Below, piece after piece: positions 19,000-27,667 of a stretch of DNA of 64,000 nt (positions within the stretch are counted from its first letter, which is position 1; every line of letters begins with the position of its first letter). The notes beneath the pieces are model-generated. The model ran no database searches. It was not told the origin of the DNA and saw nothing but the letters and a program-made list of their open reading frames with translations. The translations under genes and the position numbers were made by a program. This stretch comes from Patescibacteria group bacterium (GTDB lineage Bacteria; Patescibacteriota; Patescibacteriia; 2-12-FULL-57-11), in assembly GCA_004297205.1 (NCBI GenBank), contig SCUL01000002.1:316594-380593 (forward strand), given 5' to 3'.

Positions 19000-20091
19000 A
19001 TGAGGAAAGGAGCGAACGAACTAAAAAGCGTTGAGCTATTCACCGGGGCCGGTGGGTTGGCCATGGGACTTGAGTTGGCCGGTTTCCAACACGAGGCGCT
19101 TATCGAATGGGACCATGACTCTTGCGAGACCATCAGAGAGAACCAGCGACGGGGCTTTGCCTTGGTAAGAGACTGGAAGATATACGAAGGGGACGCCCGC
19201 GCCTTCGATTATAAGAACATCTACTCCCCTGTTCACTTGGTTGCGGGTGGGCCGCCGTGCCAGCCCTTCTCTCTGGCAGGTAAACATGGTGGGTTCAATG
19301 ATTCGAGAGACATGTGGGGCGAGGCGGTTAGGGCGGTAAGAGAATTAAGACCCCAAGCCTTCATTTTTGAGAACGTCAAAGGTTTACTCAGATCGACGTT
19401 CAGCGACTACTTCAAGTATGTGCTCGCCCAATTAGCGAACCCTAGTTTAACAAAGGAACGGAAAAGCTCCTGGATCAAGCACTCCCTTCGGCTGCGGACC
19501 GAGGGCCAGCCCGAATACATTGTTCAGTACAAACTTCTGAACGCGGCTGACTATGGTGTTCCCCAAAAGCGTGAGCGCGTCTTCATTGTTGGATTCAGGG
19601 CAGACCTCGGTATCGATTGGAAGTTCCCCGAGCCGACGCATGTTGGGAAATGGGTCACGGTTCGGCAAGCGATCTCTGACCTACCCGCTGTTTCCCCAAA
19701 GAAACCTCGCAGCAATGTTTCGAACCATCTGTTCCAAGCAGGAGCGAAGTTTTATAAAGGACACACGGGAAGCAAGCTCGATCTACCAGCAAAGACCCTG
19801 AAGGCTGGAACGCACGGTGTGCCGGGCGGTGAAAACATGCTTGTGGACGATAAAGGTCATTGCAGATACTTTTCCGTTAGAGAAGCTGCTCGCCTTCAGT
19901 GTTTCCCTGATGGTTACGTATTTCCAGTATCCTGGTCTGAGAGCATGCGTCAGCTGGGCAACGCGGTTCCGGTACAACTGGGAAAAGTCGTTGGCCAAAG
20001 CGTTGCCGCCGTTCTTAAAAAGTCAGCCGCTACTGATCCACGGGTGATGAGCGAATTCTATGACGGAAGAAAAAAACTACAACCCGCTTGA
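19000..20091 (+). CDS. DNA (cytosine-5)-methyltransferase
   Basis: ELFTGAGG, GGPPCQPFS, FENVKGL, YGVPQKRERVF and QLGNAVP motifs. Confidence 0.96.
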   Translation: MRKGANELKSVELFTGAGGLAMGLELAGFQHEALIEWDHDSCETIRENQRRGFALVRDWKIYEGDARAFDYKNIYSPVHLVAGGPPCQPFSLAGKHGGFNDSRDMWGEAVRAVRELRPQAFIFENVKGLLRSTFSDYFKYVLAQLANPSLTKERKSSWIKHSLRLRTEGQPEYIVQYKLLNAADYGVPQKRERVFIVGFRADLGIDWKFPEPTHVGKWVTVRQAISDLPAVSPKKPRSNVSNHLFQAGAKFYKGHTGSKLDLPAKTLKAGTHGVPGGENMLVDDKGHCRYFSVREAARLQCFPDGYVFPVSWSESMRQLGNAVPVQLGKVVGQSVAAVLKKSAATDPRVMSEFYDGRKKLQPA

Positions 20092-20665
20092 AAAGAAACA
20101 TATTGGTGAAAGCGTTGTTCGCGCCCTCATGGAGGAGCCGGTTCAATCCCTTGGATTAATTGAACCATTCGATGGGGTGGGTGTGTACGTAATCTACTAC
20201 GTTGGCGAGTTTCCTGCCTACAAGGCAGTCGCCGCCGCGAACTCCGACAAAGAATTCAAACAGCCTATCTACGTGGGCAAAGCTGTTCCGAAGGGGGCAC
20301 GTAAAGGTATTGAAACTCAGATAGATCAAGAACTCTATAAGAGACTGAGCGAACACGGCGAGTCGATCAAGCAGAGCGATAGCCTTGAGATAGCGGACTT
20401 CTTCTGCAGGTATCTTACGGTCGATGATATTTGGATTCCACTTGGTGAGAGCTTGTTGATCGAGATGTACAAACCCGTTTGGAATGTCTTGCTCGACGGG
20501 TTTGGCAACCACGACCCCGGAAGCGGCAGGTACAAACAGATGCGGTCGCGGTGGGACGTCTTGCACCCTGGACGTTCTTGGGCGAACAGGTGCAAGCCAA
20601 GGCAGGAAACTCAAAATGATCTAATCACGCTGACTCGTAAGTACTTGGCTGGTACCAACAAATGA
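20060..20665 (+). CDS. Eco29kI-family (GIY-YIG) type II restriction endonuclease
   Basis: YNPL, GVYVIYY, PIYVGKAVP, RLSEH, GFGNHDPGSGR and WDVLHPGR motifs. Confidence 0.92.
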   Translation: MTEEKNYNPLEKKHIGESVVRALMEEPVQSLGLIEPFDGVGVYVIYYVGEFPAYKAVAAANSDKEFKQPIYVGKAVPKGARKGIETQIDQELYKRLSEHGESIKQSDSLEIADFFCRYLTVDDIWIPLGESLLIEMYKPVWNVLLDGFGNHDPGSGRYKQMRSRWDVLHPGRSWANRCKPRQETQNDLITLTRKYLAGTNK

Positions 20666-21129
20666 AAGGCCAGCTCGCGAGGCTCGCAAAGAAGGGTAGA
20701 AAGAAGAGGGGCGTCGTTCGTCGTGATCTTCTTTCTCGCAAAGAGAGAAGTTTACGGATGTCCAAGATCCGCAGCAGGGACACCAACTTCGAGAAACTCG
20801 TCATCCCTGCGCTGCGAAAAGCTGGCGTGCGGTTCCGAACCCACTACCGGGGAATTATCGGCACACCAGATATTGTTAACACAAAAAAGAAAGTCGCGAT
20901 CTTCCTAGACAGCGACTTTTGGCACGGTTGGCGGTATCCCGCCTGGAAGAACAACCTCTCGAAATCCTGGAGTAAGAAGATTCTGCAGAACAGACTTAGA
21001 GACCGACGTGTAACTCGTCGTCTAAGGTCCAGCGGCTGGAAGGTGATCAGGGTATGGGAGCATCAACTCGCAACCGACTACGCTGAGACTCTAAGAGATC
21101 TGAAACGAATTCTTGGAACGATAAGCTGA
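20662..21129 (+). CDS. vsr: Very short patch repair endonuclease
   Basis: RSLRMSKIRSRDT, GTPDIV, AIFLDSDFWHG and GWKVIRVWEH motifs. Confidence 0.93.
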   Translation: MKGQLARLAKKGRKKRGVVRRDLLSRKERSLRMSKIRSRDTNFEKLVIPALRKAGVRFRTHYRGIIGTPDIVNTKKKVAIFLDSDFWHGWRYPAWKNNLSKSWSKKILQNRLRDRRVTRRLRSSGWKVIRVWEHQLATDYAETLRDLKRILGTIS

Positions 21130-21286
21130 ACCCTTCCGGCCCCGCCAGAAAAAGCGCTCGTCCTTGCGACGGGCGCTTTTTCTTTTTTTGACCCTCTTCC
21201 GGCCGGCCGGATGTCCGTATTCGTATGATGCCGTTTCGTGGCATATACTTCAGCAGTCGCTGACTAATCAATAATTGATGCTCATT

Positions 21287-21463
21287 ATGAAACAATTTCT
21301 CCTGTACTTTGTTCTCGAATTCATCATCATTTTTGTCGTCGGGTCTGCGGGGTACCTGGTATTACAAGTCCCCTTGAATCTCCCTCAAATTCTTATCTCC
21401 TCTATTACTGCTGGCGCAGTTATCGCTTTTGCTCAGCAAAAGTTGCTGAAGCGCAATGGATAA
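21287..21463 (+). CDS. Small two-TM hypothetical protein
   Basis: Hydrophobic ORF whose end overlaps the tag start. Confidence 0.5.
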   Translation: MKQFLLYFVLEFIIIFVVGSAGYLVLQVPLNLPQILISSITAGAVIAFAQQKLLKRNG

Positions 21464-22016
21464 GCCCCGCTGCCCATGGCCTGCCACAGACCCGCTCATG
21501 ATCGCCTACCACGACACGGAGTGGGGCGTGCCGGTGCATGACGGTCAGAAGATCTACGAGTTCCTGGTGCTGGAAACGTTCCAGGCCGGGCTTTCTTGGC
21601 GCACCGTGCTCCACAAACGGGAAAACTTCCGGAAGGCCTTTCACGGCTTCGATGTGGCAAAGGTCGCCCGCATGGACGCCCGCGCCACGCAGAGCCTGCT
21701 CGGTGACGCCGGCATCATCCGCAACCGTCAAAAGATCGCCGCGGCGGTGAACAACGCCCAACGCTTCCTGGAAGTTCAAAAAGAGTTCGGCACGTTTTCC
21801 AAGTACATGTGGACCTGGGTCGGTGGCAAAGCCGTACGCCACGCCTTCAAAACACCCGGCGAGTGTCCGGTGACCACGGACGAGGCTGTTGTGTGGTCGA
21901 AGGATCTCAAGAAGCGCGGCTTCTCATTTCTCGGCCCGACCGTTGTCTACGCGCACATGCAAGCCGTGGGCATGGTGAATGATCACTTGGTGAGCTGCTT
22001 TCGATATGCGCGTTGA
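21456..22016 (+). CDS. tag: DNA-3-methyladenine glycosylase I
   Basis: RCPW, YHDTEWGVP, FQAGLSW, GIIRNRQKI and GMVNDHLVSCF motifs. Confidence 0.96.
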   Translation: MDKPRCPWPATDPLMIAYHDTEWGVPVHDGQKIYEFLVLETFQAGLSWRTVLHKRENFRKAFHGFDVAKVARMDARATQSLLGDAGIIRNRQKIAAAVNNAQRFLEVQKEFGTFSKYMWTWVGGKAVRHAFKTPGECPVTTDEAVVWSKDLKKRGFSFLGPTVVYAHMQAVGMVNDHLVSCFRYAR

Positions 22017-22244
22017 CCGAACTTTTAATCCGTACGACTCCGCCAAAAAACAGCTCCGCATCAGTTGGTGCGGTTTTTATAGTTATCAACAAACACCCGC
22101 GTTGACAGCTTCGCAAAAACGAGCGTAGCCTTGAAGATGATGAGGCCACGCCCCAACCGAACAACCGGCGGACTGAGGTCTCGATAGGCTGCACTAAGCA
22201 GTCGGTGGCGCTGTCGAACCATCTAAAGAATTTCGTTCGCTTTT

Positions 22245-22361
22245 ATGGCAAAAACAAAGACTTCGACCTACGGAAAGCAACACCAGAAGATCGTTCCCGT
22301 CCGTGGGTACAAGAGGGACGGTAAGAGGATTAAACCTCACCGCCGTTCCACCCCTAACTAA
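22245..22361 (+). CDS. 38-aa basic small protein with V.GY.R.DG....PH.R motif
   Basis: Manual translation MAKTKTSTYGKQHQKIVPVRGYKRDGKRIKPHRRSTPN; TTGACA upstream at 22102; hairpin and T-run at about 22420-22449. Confidence 0.6.
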   Translation: MAKTKTSTYGKQHQKIVPVRGYKRDGKRIKPHRRSTPN

Positions 22362-22456
22362 TAATTGTAGTTAGGACGTTGACTGCGACCTCCTGTGTAC
22401 GACAGACACACCGGGTCCAAAAAAGCCGCCTCACGCGAGGCGACTTTTTGGACACT

Positions 22457-23185
22457 CTACCTGTTTACACTAAGCTGACAGCCATTTGTTTCTTCTCCAG
22501 TTGTGGGATTCCAACATTTATAAGCAAGTGTGACATTCTCAACCAGCCCCCTTCTGTCCGTAGTCGATAGCGCGATATTGAATGTTACATGGCTGTTTAC
22601 ATTCAAAAGCTTTGACCAATCAGCGATCCTGTAATCCTTCGCTGAAGGATCGAACGGCAGTCCCGGTAGGTAGGAAATCGATTCAAGAGGCAGTAGCGCT
22701 TCCGTGTACTTATCATTGCTACTTGCAAGTATTCCTCTGCCCAGGAGGATGTGACCGCCAAACTCGTGAGGATTCACATAAACACTCTCGTATTTCTGAT
22801 CAAGGGGATGTCCGCTCCGGCTAGCCCGAATGTACAAATATCCGCAAGCCACATCATCCTTTCCTCCAATCTGTACCACCAACTTCACACTTCCAACAAA
22901 CTCGCCGCCTTCGCCGTGGCTAGCGAGATTGTCCGCGAGCTTGAGTGACTGTCCGCGTTTCACCAGATCCTCATATTCAGGAAAGGTCTTGTCGCAAGAG
23001 GGCGGTGCGACAACAACCCTCTCTTCCTTCACCACCTCTCTTACGACTTCTCTAATCTTCCCTTCTTCGGGCGTTGAGACAAACTTCAAAATTGAAGTTG
23101 AGACGACAACAAATAAAACACCAATTACAACGACTGCCAGTAACTGGCCCAACACTTTAAGGAATTTGTTGTCGTCTTTTCCCAT
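22457..23185 (-). CDS. Membrane-anchored hypothetical protein (low GC)
   Basis: N-terminal TM helix and an extracellular domain with Cys pairs. Confidence 0.7.
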   Translation of the reverse strand: MGKDDNKFLKVLGQLLAVVVIGVLFVVVSTSILKFVSTPEEGKIREVVREVVKEERVVVAPPSCDKTFPEYEDLVKRGQSLKLADNLASHGEGGEFVGSVKLVVQIGGKDDVACGYLYIRASRSGHPLDQKYESVYVNPHEFGGHILLGRGILASSNDKYTEALLPLESISYLPGLPFDPSAKDYRIADWSKLLNVNSHVTFNIALSTTDRRGLVENVTLAYKCWNPTTGEETNGCQLSVNR

Positions 23186-23531
23186 AGGAAATGGTTGTAT
23201 ATACCACCACAATTATCAGCAGTAGGGCTGTCATCGAAATCACTAAATAATGTAAGAACGGGGGCCAACCAGCGAGATCATCGAGTAGACTTGCCTGAAC
23301 TTTCAAAATTGAAACGAAACCAGAAAGGATGATGAAGAAAAAAACCATCACTACACCGAAGACGACTGCAGTCAATCCCACATTTGATGAGGGGGAAAGA
23401 ACGGTCACAAGCATGCCAAACCAGCTAAGAAAGCAGGCAGCTGAGACAGCCGCCACAAGCTTTTTCTTCCCCACCCTCATCAACCTTACGTAAGTCGACG
23501 GGATGACCATCTTGAGAACTTTTCTGACCAT
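23157..23531 (-). CDS. Three-TM hypothetical protein
   Basis: Hydrophobic ORF in the low-GC segment; start uncertain. Confidence 0.5.
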   Translation of the reverse strand: MVRKVLKMVIPSTYVRLMRVGKKKLVAAVSAACFLSWFGMLVTVLSPSSNVGLTAVVFGVVMVFFFIILSGFVSILKVQASLLDDLAGWPPFLHYLVISMTALLLIIVVVYTTISYGKRRQQIP

Positions 23532-23558
23532 CGTCAAGGAGTCCACTATTACTCAGTT

Positions 23559-23936
23559 TCACGAGTGCAACGCGATCCGATTCCCCTCCGTGTCCATGAC
23601 CACCGCCATAAACCCATGCTCCGGTGAAATCTGCTTTTTCGGCATCAGCACTTTGCCGCCGGCGGGTTCGACGCGGGCGATCGTGGCATCGATGTCGGGC
23701 GCCGTGAAGTAGATGAGGACGCCGTCCTGGGATGGCTTGTAGAAGTCGGGATGCCGGACGAGCGAACCCATCGCCCCGGTTGCATCCGGTTTGGACGACG
23801 AGAACCACGCCATCTCGAGCGGCCCCAGCTGCTGACGCTGCAATTTCATACCAAGCACCGCCTCGTAGAACACAGTGGCCCGATCCATGTCCGTGACCGG
23901 AATCTCGAACCACCCGACGGGATTGAAGTCAGCCAT
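23559..23936 (-). CDS. VOC/glyoxalase family protein
   Basis: WFEIPVTDMDRA.FY, AGGKVL and DTEGNRIALHS motifs. Confidence 0.92.
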   Translation of the reverse strand: MADFNPVGWFEIPVTDMDRATVFYEAVLGMKLQRQQLGPLEMAWFSSSKPDATGAMGSLVRHPDFYKPSQDGVLIYFTAPDIDATIARVEPAGGKVLMPKKQISPEHGFMAVVMDTEGNRIALHS

Positions 23937-23943
23937 AGAGCTG

Positions 23944-25422
23944 TTAGCCGCGGAACAATTCCAGCGACAACCGCTTCGGCCCCATGGCGTCGCGCTCCAC
24001 CGAACCCATCACGAACAGCAGGTCGTTCCCCTTTTTGCAGAGTTTGCGCTTCACGGCTTCTTTCACCAGCTGCTTCTTGGCGCGCGTTGCGTCCTTAGTG
24101 GCCGTGAGCAAGATCGGCGTCACGCCCCAGGAGAGTGCGAGCTGCCGGGCAACGCGGGGGCTGAAGGCACCGACCGCGACCGGCACGTCCGGCCGAAAGC
24201 GGGAGAGGCGGCGGCCCATGCGGCCGGAGACGGAGACGGAGAGGATGGCACAGGCCGGCGTCATGCGGGCGAGGGCTGCCGCAGTTTTGGAAATGGCCAT
24301 GCGCGCTTCCGTGGGTTCGACGCCGACAATGTCGATGCGCACGTCGTCGTAGCGGGACTTTTCCGTTTCCTCGGCGGTCTGGGCCATGATCTTCACGGCC
24401 TGCAGCGGGAACGCGCCGGTGGCGGTCTCGCCGGAGAGCATCACGGCGTCGGTGTGGTCGATCACGGCATTAGCCACGTCCGAAACTTCGGCGCGGGTCG
24501 GACGCGGATTGCGGATCATGGAGTCGAGCATCTGCGTGGCCACGATCACCGGCTTGCCTGCCGTCAAGCACTTCTCGATCATGCGCTTCTGATGGACCGG
24601 CACGTCGGCAGCCGGCGTTTCCACGCCGAGGTCGCCGCGCGCCACCATGACGGCGTCGGAGGCGGCCAGGATCTCGTCGAAGTTGTCGAGCGCCTGGGGT
24701 TTTTCGATTTTGGAAATGATCATGATCGGCGCGTCGCGCTTGATGCGCGCCTTGCGCTCTTCGCTCGCGATCAAACGGCGCAACAGTTCGACGTCTTTTG
24801 CCGAGCGGACAAAGCTGAGCGCGATGTAGTCGACGCCGGCGCGCACCCCGAAGGCCACGTCGGCCTTGTCTTTGGGCGTCAGCGCGGGGATGGACAAGGT
24901 CGCCGTCGGGAAGTTCATGCCTTTATGCGACGTCAGCACACCACCGGTGACCACATGGCAGATGATGTCGCGCCCGCTGACCTTCTGGACCATGACTTCC
25001 AGCAAGCCATCGTCGAGCAGCAAACGGTCGCCAGGCTTCACGTCCTCATGCAGCTTTTTGTAGCCGACCGGAATCTTCCCCGCCCCGACGGTTCCCCTAA
25101 CCACTCTTGAGGGTTCGGCGGGGGTCTTCCCGGCCGCGCCCGTGGTGAAGGTCACGGTGCTGCCGTTCACGAGCCGCACACCTTCTTTCGGCAAATCGCC
25201 CACCCGGATCTTCGGCCCCTGGAGGTCCTGGAGAATGGCCACGGTCGTCCCGGCCTTCTTGGCGGCTTGGAGCACGCGGCGCATCAGGCGCGCATGGTCG
25301 GCATGGCTGCCATGGCTGAAGTTGAAGCGCGCCATGTTCATGCCCGCCTTGATCATCTTCTCGAGCATGACCGGCTTCTTCGAAGCCGGGCCGATGGTGC
25401 AGACGATTTTGGTGCGTTTCAT
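23944..25422 (-). CDS. pyk: Pyruvate kinase
   Basis: TKIVCTIGPAS, RFNFSHG, DLQGPKIR, MVARGDLGVE and DAVMLSGETA motifs. Confidence 0.98.
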   Translation of the reverse strand: MKRTKIVCTIGPASKKPVMLEKMIKAGMNMARFNFSHGSHADHARLMRRVLQAAKKAGTTVAILQDLQGPKIRVGDLPKEGVRLVNGSTVTFTTGAAGKTPAEPSRVVRGTVGAGKIPVGYKKLHEDVKPGDRLLLDDGLLEVMVQKVSGRDIICHVVTGGVLTSHKGMNFPTATLSIPALTPKDKADVAFGVRAGVDYIALSFVRSAKDVELLRRLIASEERKARIKRDAPIMIISKIEKPQALDNFDEILAASDAVMVARGDLGVETPAADVPVHQKRMIEKCLTAGKPVIVATQMLDSMIRNPRPTRAEVSDVANAVIDHTDAVMLSGETATGAFPLQAVKIMAQTAEETEKSRYDDVRIDIVGVEPTEARMAISKTAAALARMTPACAILSVSVSGRMGRRLSRFRPDVPVAVGAFSPRVARQLALSWGVTPILLTATKDATRAKKQLVKEAVKRKLCKKGNDLLFVMGSVERDAMGPKRLSLELFRG

Positions 25423-25427
25423 AGTGT

Positions 25428-25518
25428 TGTCATTCTGAGCGGAGCGAAGAATCTCTCCAGGTCCTATTAGGGTTCTTGCAAGAACTGGCAGGATCCTTCA
25501 CTGCCGTTCAGGATGACA
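25428..25518. repeat. Intergenic imperfect inverted-repeat element (REP/MITE-like)
   Basis: TGTCATTCTGAGCGGAGCGAAGAATC and GATCCTTCACTGCCGTTCAGGATGACA are inverted copies; central palindrome GTTCTTGCAAGAAC. Confidence 0.7.
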
Positions 25519-25523
25519 CCTCC

Positions 25524-26765
25524 TTATTCTTGCGACTTAAGCTCGCTGAGAGTCAGAGTCACGTTGCGTTCCTTGCCTTGGGATTGGACGACGAGCGTGA
25601 TCTGGTCGCCCGACTTCTTGCCGCGGATGAGGGCGGCCAGCGAGCGCTCGGCCGTGACGTCGTTGCCGTCGACGGACAGGATGATGTCGTTCTCCTTGAT
25701 GCCCGCCGTGTCCGCCGGACTGCCGGGAATCACGGCCAATTCCGTCTGCGTTTCGCCGCGGACCACGAGCGCGCCGTGCGTGACGCTCAGGTTGTTGGCT
25801 TTGGCGAACTCCGGCGTGATCAGCACGTAGCGCACGCCGATCCAGGGGCGGACGATGCGGCCGTGTTCGCGCACCGAGGCGACGACGTCTTTGGCGGCAT
25901 TGATGGGGATGGCGAAGCCCACGCCCTGGGCCGAGCGGTTCACGGCGGCGTTGACCCCGACGACTTCTCCGGCCAGGTTCACGAGCGGCCCGCCGGAATT
26001 GCCGGGGTTGATGGCGGCGTCCGTCTGAATCGCTTCCTCGATCACTTCGCTCCCCCCGACCCCGCCGGCGACGATCCTGCGGTTGATGCCGGAGACGATG
26101 CCTTTGGTGACGGTGTTGGCGAGCTCAGAGAGCGCATTGCCGACCGCCACGACCGTCTGCCCGACCCTGAGCGCATCCGAGTCGCCGAGCGCGACCGTCG
26201 GGAAACCTTCACCCTCGATGTCCAAGAGCGCCAGGTCCAAGAGCGGATCGCGGGCCAGGACTTTGCCCTCGAACGTGCGGCCGTCGGAAAGCACCACTTC
26301 GTAGCTGTCGTCGTTGCCGTCCACCACATGCCGGTTGGTGACGATGAGCCCGTCCGCGGACACCAGGAAGCCGGAGCCGCCCCCGATGACGCGCAGCTCC
26401 CGCTCGCCGGTGTCCGGGACGTCCGTTTCCGGTTGCGGTGGGAGATCGCCGAAGAAGTCGTCGAACGGGAACGGCTGGAAGTCCGCGCCCGGCCGGGCCA
26501 TGCGCCGGCTGATGACGATGGAGACGACGGCCGGATTCACTTTTTCGACGACGGCGATGGTTTCCGACTCTTCGATGACGGTGAGCTTCGGTGCCGCGAC
26601 CGGCGCCGACAGTTTGCCGCCCAGACGCGCCAAAAGCGGCCCGGCCAGCAGGTCCGGACGCGAGGCCACGGCGGCCCCGGTGGCGCCGCCCATCACCCCG
26701 CCCACGAAAAAGGAGACGATGACGGCGGTGGCCACGGCGGCGCGGACAGGTCGGTCGGCGAGCAT
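25524..26765 (-). CDS. htrA: HtrA/DegP serine protease with PDZ domain
   Basis: GSGFLVSADGLIVTNRHV and IQTDAAINPGNSGGPL motifs, PDZ domain. Confidence 0.95.
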   Translation of the reverse strand: MLADRPVRAAVATAVIVSFFVGGVMGGATGAAVASRPDLLAGPLLARLGGKLSAPVAAPKLTVIEESETIAVVEKVNPAVVSIVISRRMARPGADFQPFPFDDFFGDLPPQPETDVPDTGERELRVIGGGSGFLVSADGLIVTNRHVVDGNDDSYEVVLSDGRTFEGKVLARDPLLDLALLDIEGEGFPTVALGDSDALRVGQTVVAVGNALSELANTVTKGIVSGINRRIVAGGVGGSEVIEEAIQTDAAINPGNSGGPLVNLAGEVVGVNAAVNRSAQGVGFAIPINAAKDVVASVREHGRIVRPWIGVRYVLITPEFAKANNLSVTHGALVVRGETQTELAVIPGSPADTAGIKENDIILSVDGNDVTAERSLAALIRGKKSGDQITLVVQSQGKERNVTLTLSELKSQE

Positions 26766-26766
26766 A

Positions 26767-27069
26767 TTACGATTGCGGGAAATTCACGGAAACGTCGATC
26801 GGGATGCCTGCCTGTCCGGCAGGCAGGTTGATGTTGGAGATGTTGTCGGGAAGCTGCGCCGAAAGTTTTTTCACCTCGCGCAGGATGTACCAGCCGAAAA
26901 CGATGAGCGCGATCACGACGACGATCTGGAACACGATCCGCGTGTACCAGCCGATGTTCATCCAGAACAGGTAGCTGTTGGAGGACTCGGCGGCCTTTTG
27001 CGCGGCCTGGGAGCTCTTCAGGATCTCGTCGAGTTTTTCCTCAAGCGTTTGCTGCCGGTCGACGCGCAT
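26767..27069 (-). CDS. Small single-TM hypothetical protein
   Basis: Tightly packed between nrdR and htrA; contains an in-frame palindrome. Confidence 0.65.
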   Translation of the reverse strand: MRVDRQQTLEEKLDEILKSSQAAQKAAESSNSYLFWMNIGWYTRIVFQIVVVIALIVFGWYILREVKKLSAQLPDNISNINLPAGQAGIPIDVSVNFPQS

Positions 27070-27070
27070 A

Positions 27071-27562
27071 CTAGCGTTTCTTTTTCACGGCTTTGGCCTT
27101 CGGCTTCCTGACCGGCGCCATCAGCCGCTTCAATTCGCGCTCGAAGGTTTTCACGTCTTCGAAGGAACGGTAGACCGAGGCGAACCGGATGTAGGCGATC
27201 TTGTCGAACTGCTGCAACCGGTGCATGACGATCTCGCCGATCTCCTTGCTCGTCACCTCGTCCGACTTCAGCTTCTGGACGTCGCGCTCGATCAGGTTCA
27301 CGAGCTTGCGGAAGTCGTCGGCGGTGATGGGCCGCTTCTCAAGCGCGCGGCGCAGTCCCGCTTCCATCTTCTCGCGGCTGTAGGGCTGGCGGCTGCCGTC
27401 GCGCTTCACCACGGCAAGCTCCAGGATTTCCAAGGACTCCAACGTCGAAAAACGGTGGCCGCAGCGCTCGCATTCGCGGCGGCGGCGGATGCTCATGCCG
27501 TCCCCGGACATGCGGGAATCGACGACTTTGGTTTCCGCGGAATTGCAGGCCGGACAGTGCAT
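27071..27562 (-). CDS. nrdR: Transcriptional repressor NrdR
   Basis: CPAC...TKVVDSR, RRRRECERC.RFST and AYIRFASVYR motifs. Confidence 0.98.
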   Translation of the reverse strand: MHCPACNSAETKVVDSRMSGDGMSIRRRRECERCGHRFSTLESLEILELAVVKRDGSRQPYSREKMEAGLRRALEKRPITADDFRKLVNLIERDVQKLKSDEVTSKEIGEIVMHRLQQFDKIAYIRFASVYRSFEDVKTFERELKRLMAPVRKPKAKAVKKKR

Positions 27563-27667
27563 AACAGCGAAGTCCTTTCGGTTCTTGATTCCTTGCTTGA
27601 GGGTTCGAAAGGGCCCGTACAGTGTACCAAAAACGGGGCGGTCTGGTTACCCGCCCCGTTTGCATCC

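Larger units (their letters stand above)
18849..21153 (+). mobile_element. Restriction-modification cassette integrated at the tRNA-Asp 3' end
   Basis: Direct repeat CGGCCCCGCCAGAAAAA at 18849-18865 and 21137-21153; lower GC; encloses the methyltransferase, endonuclease and vsr genes. Confidence 0.8.
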
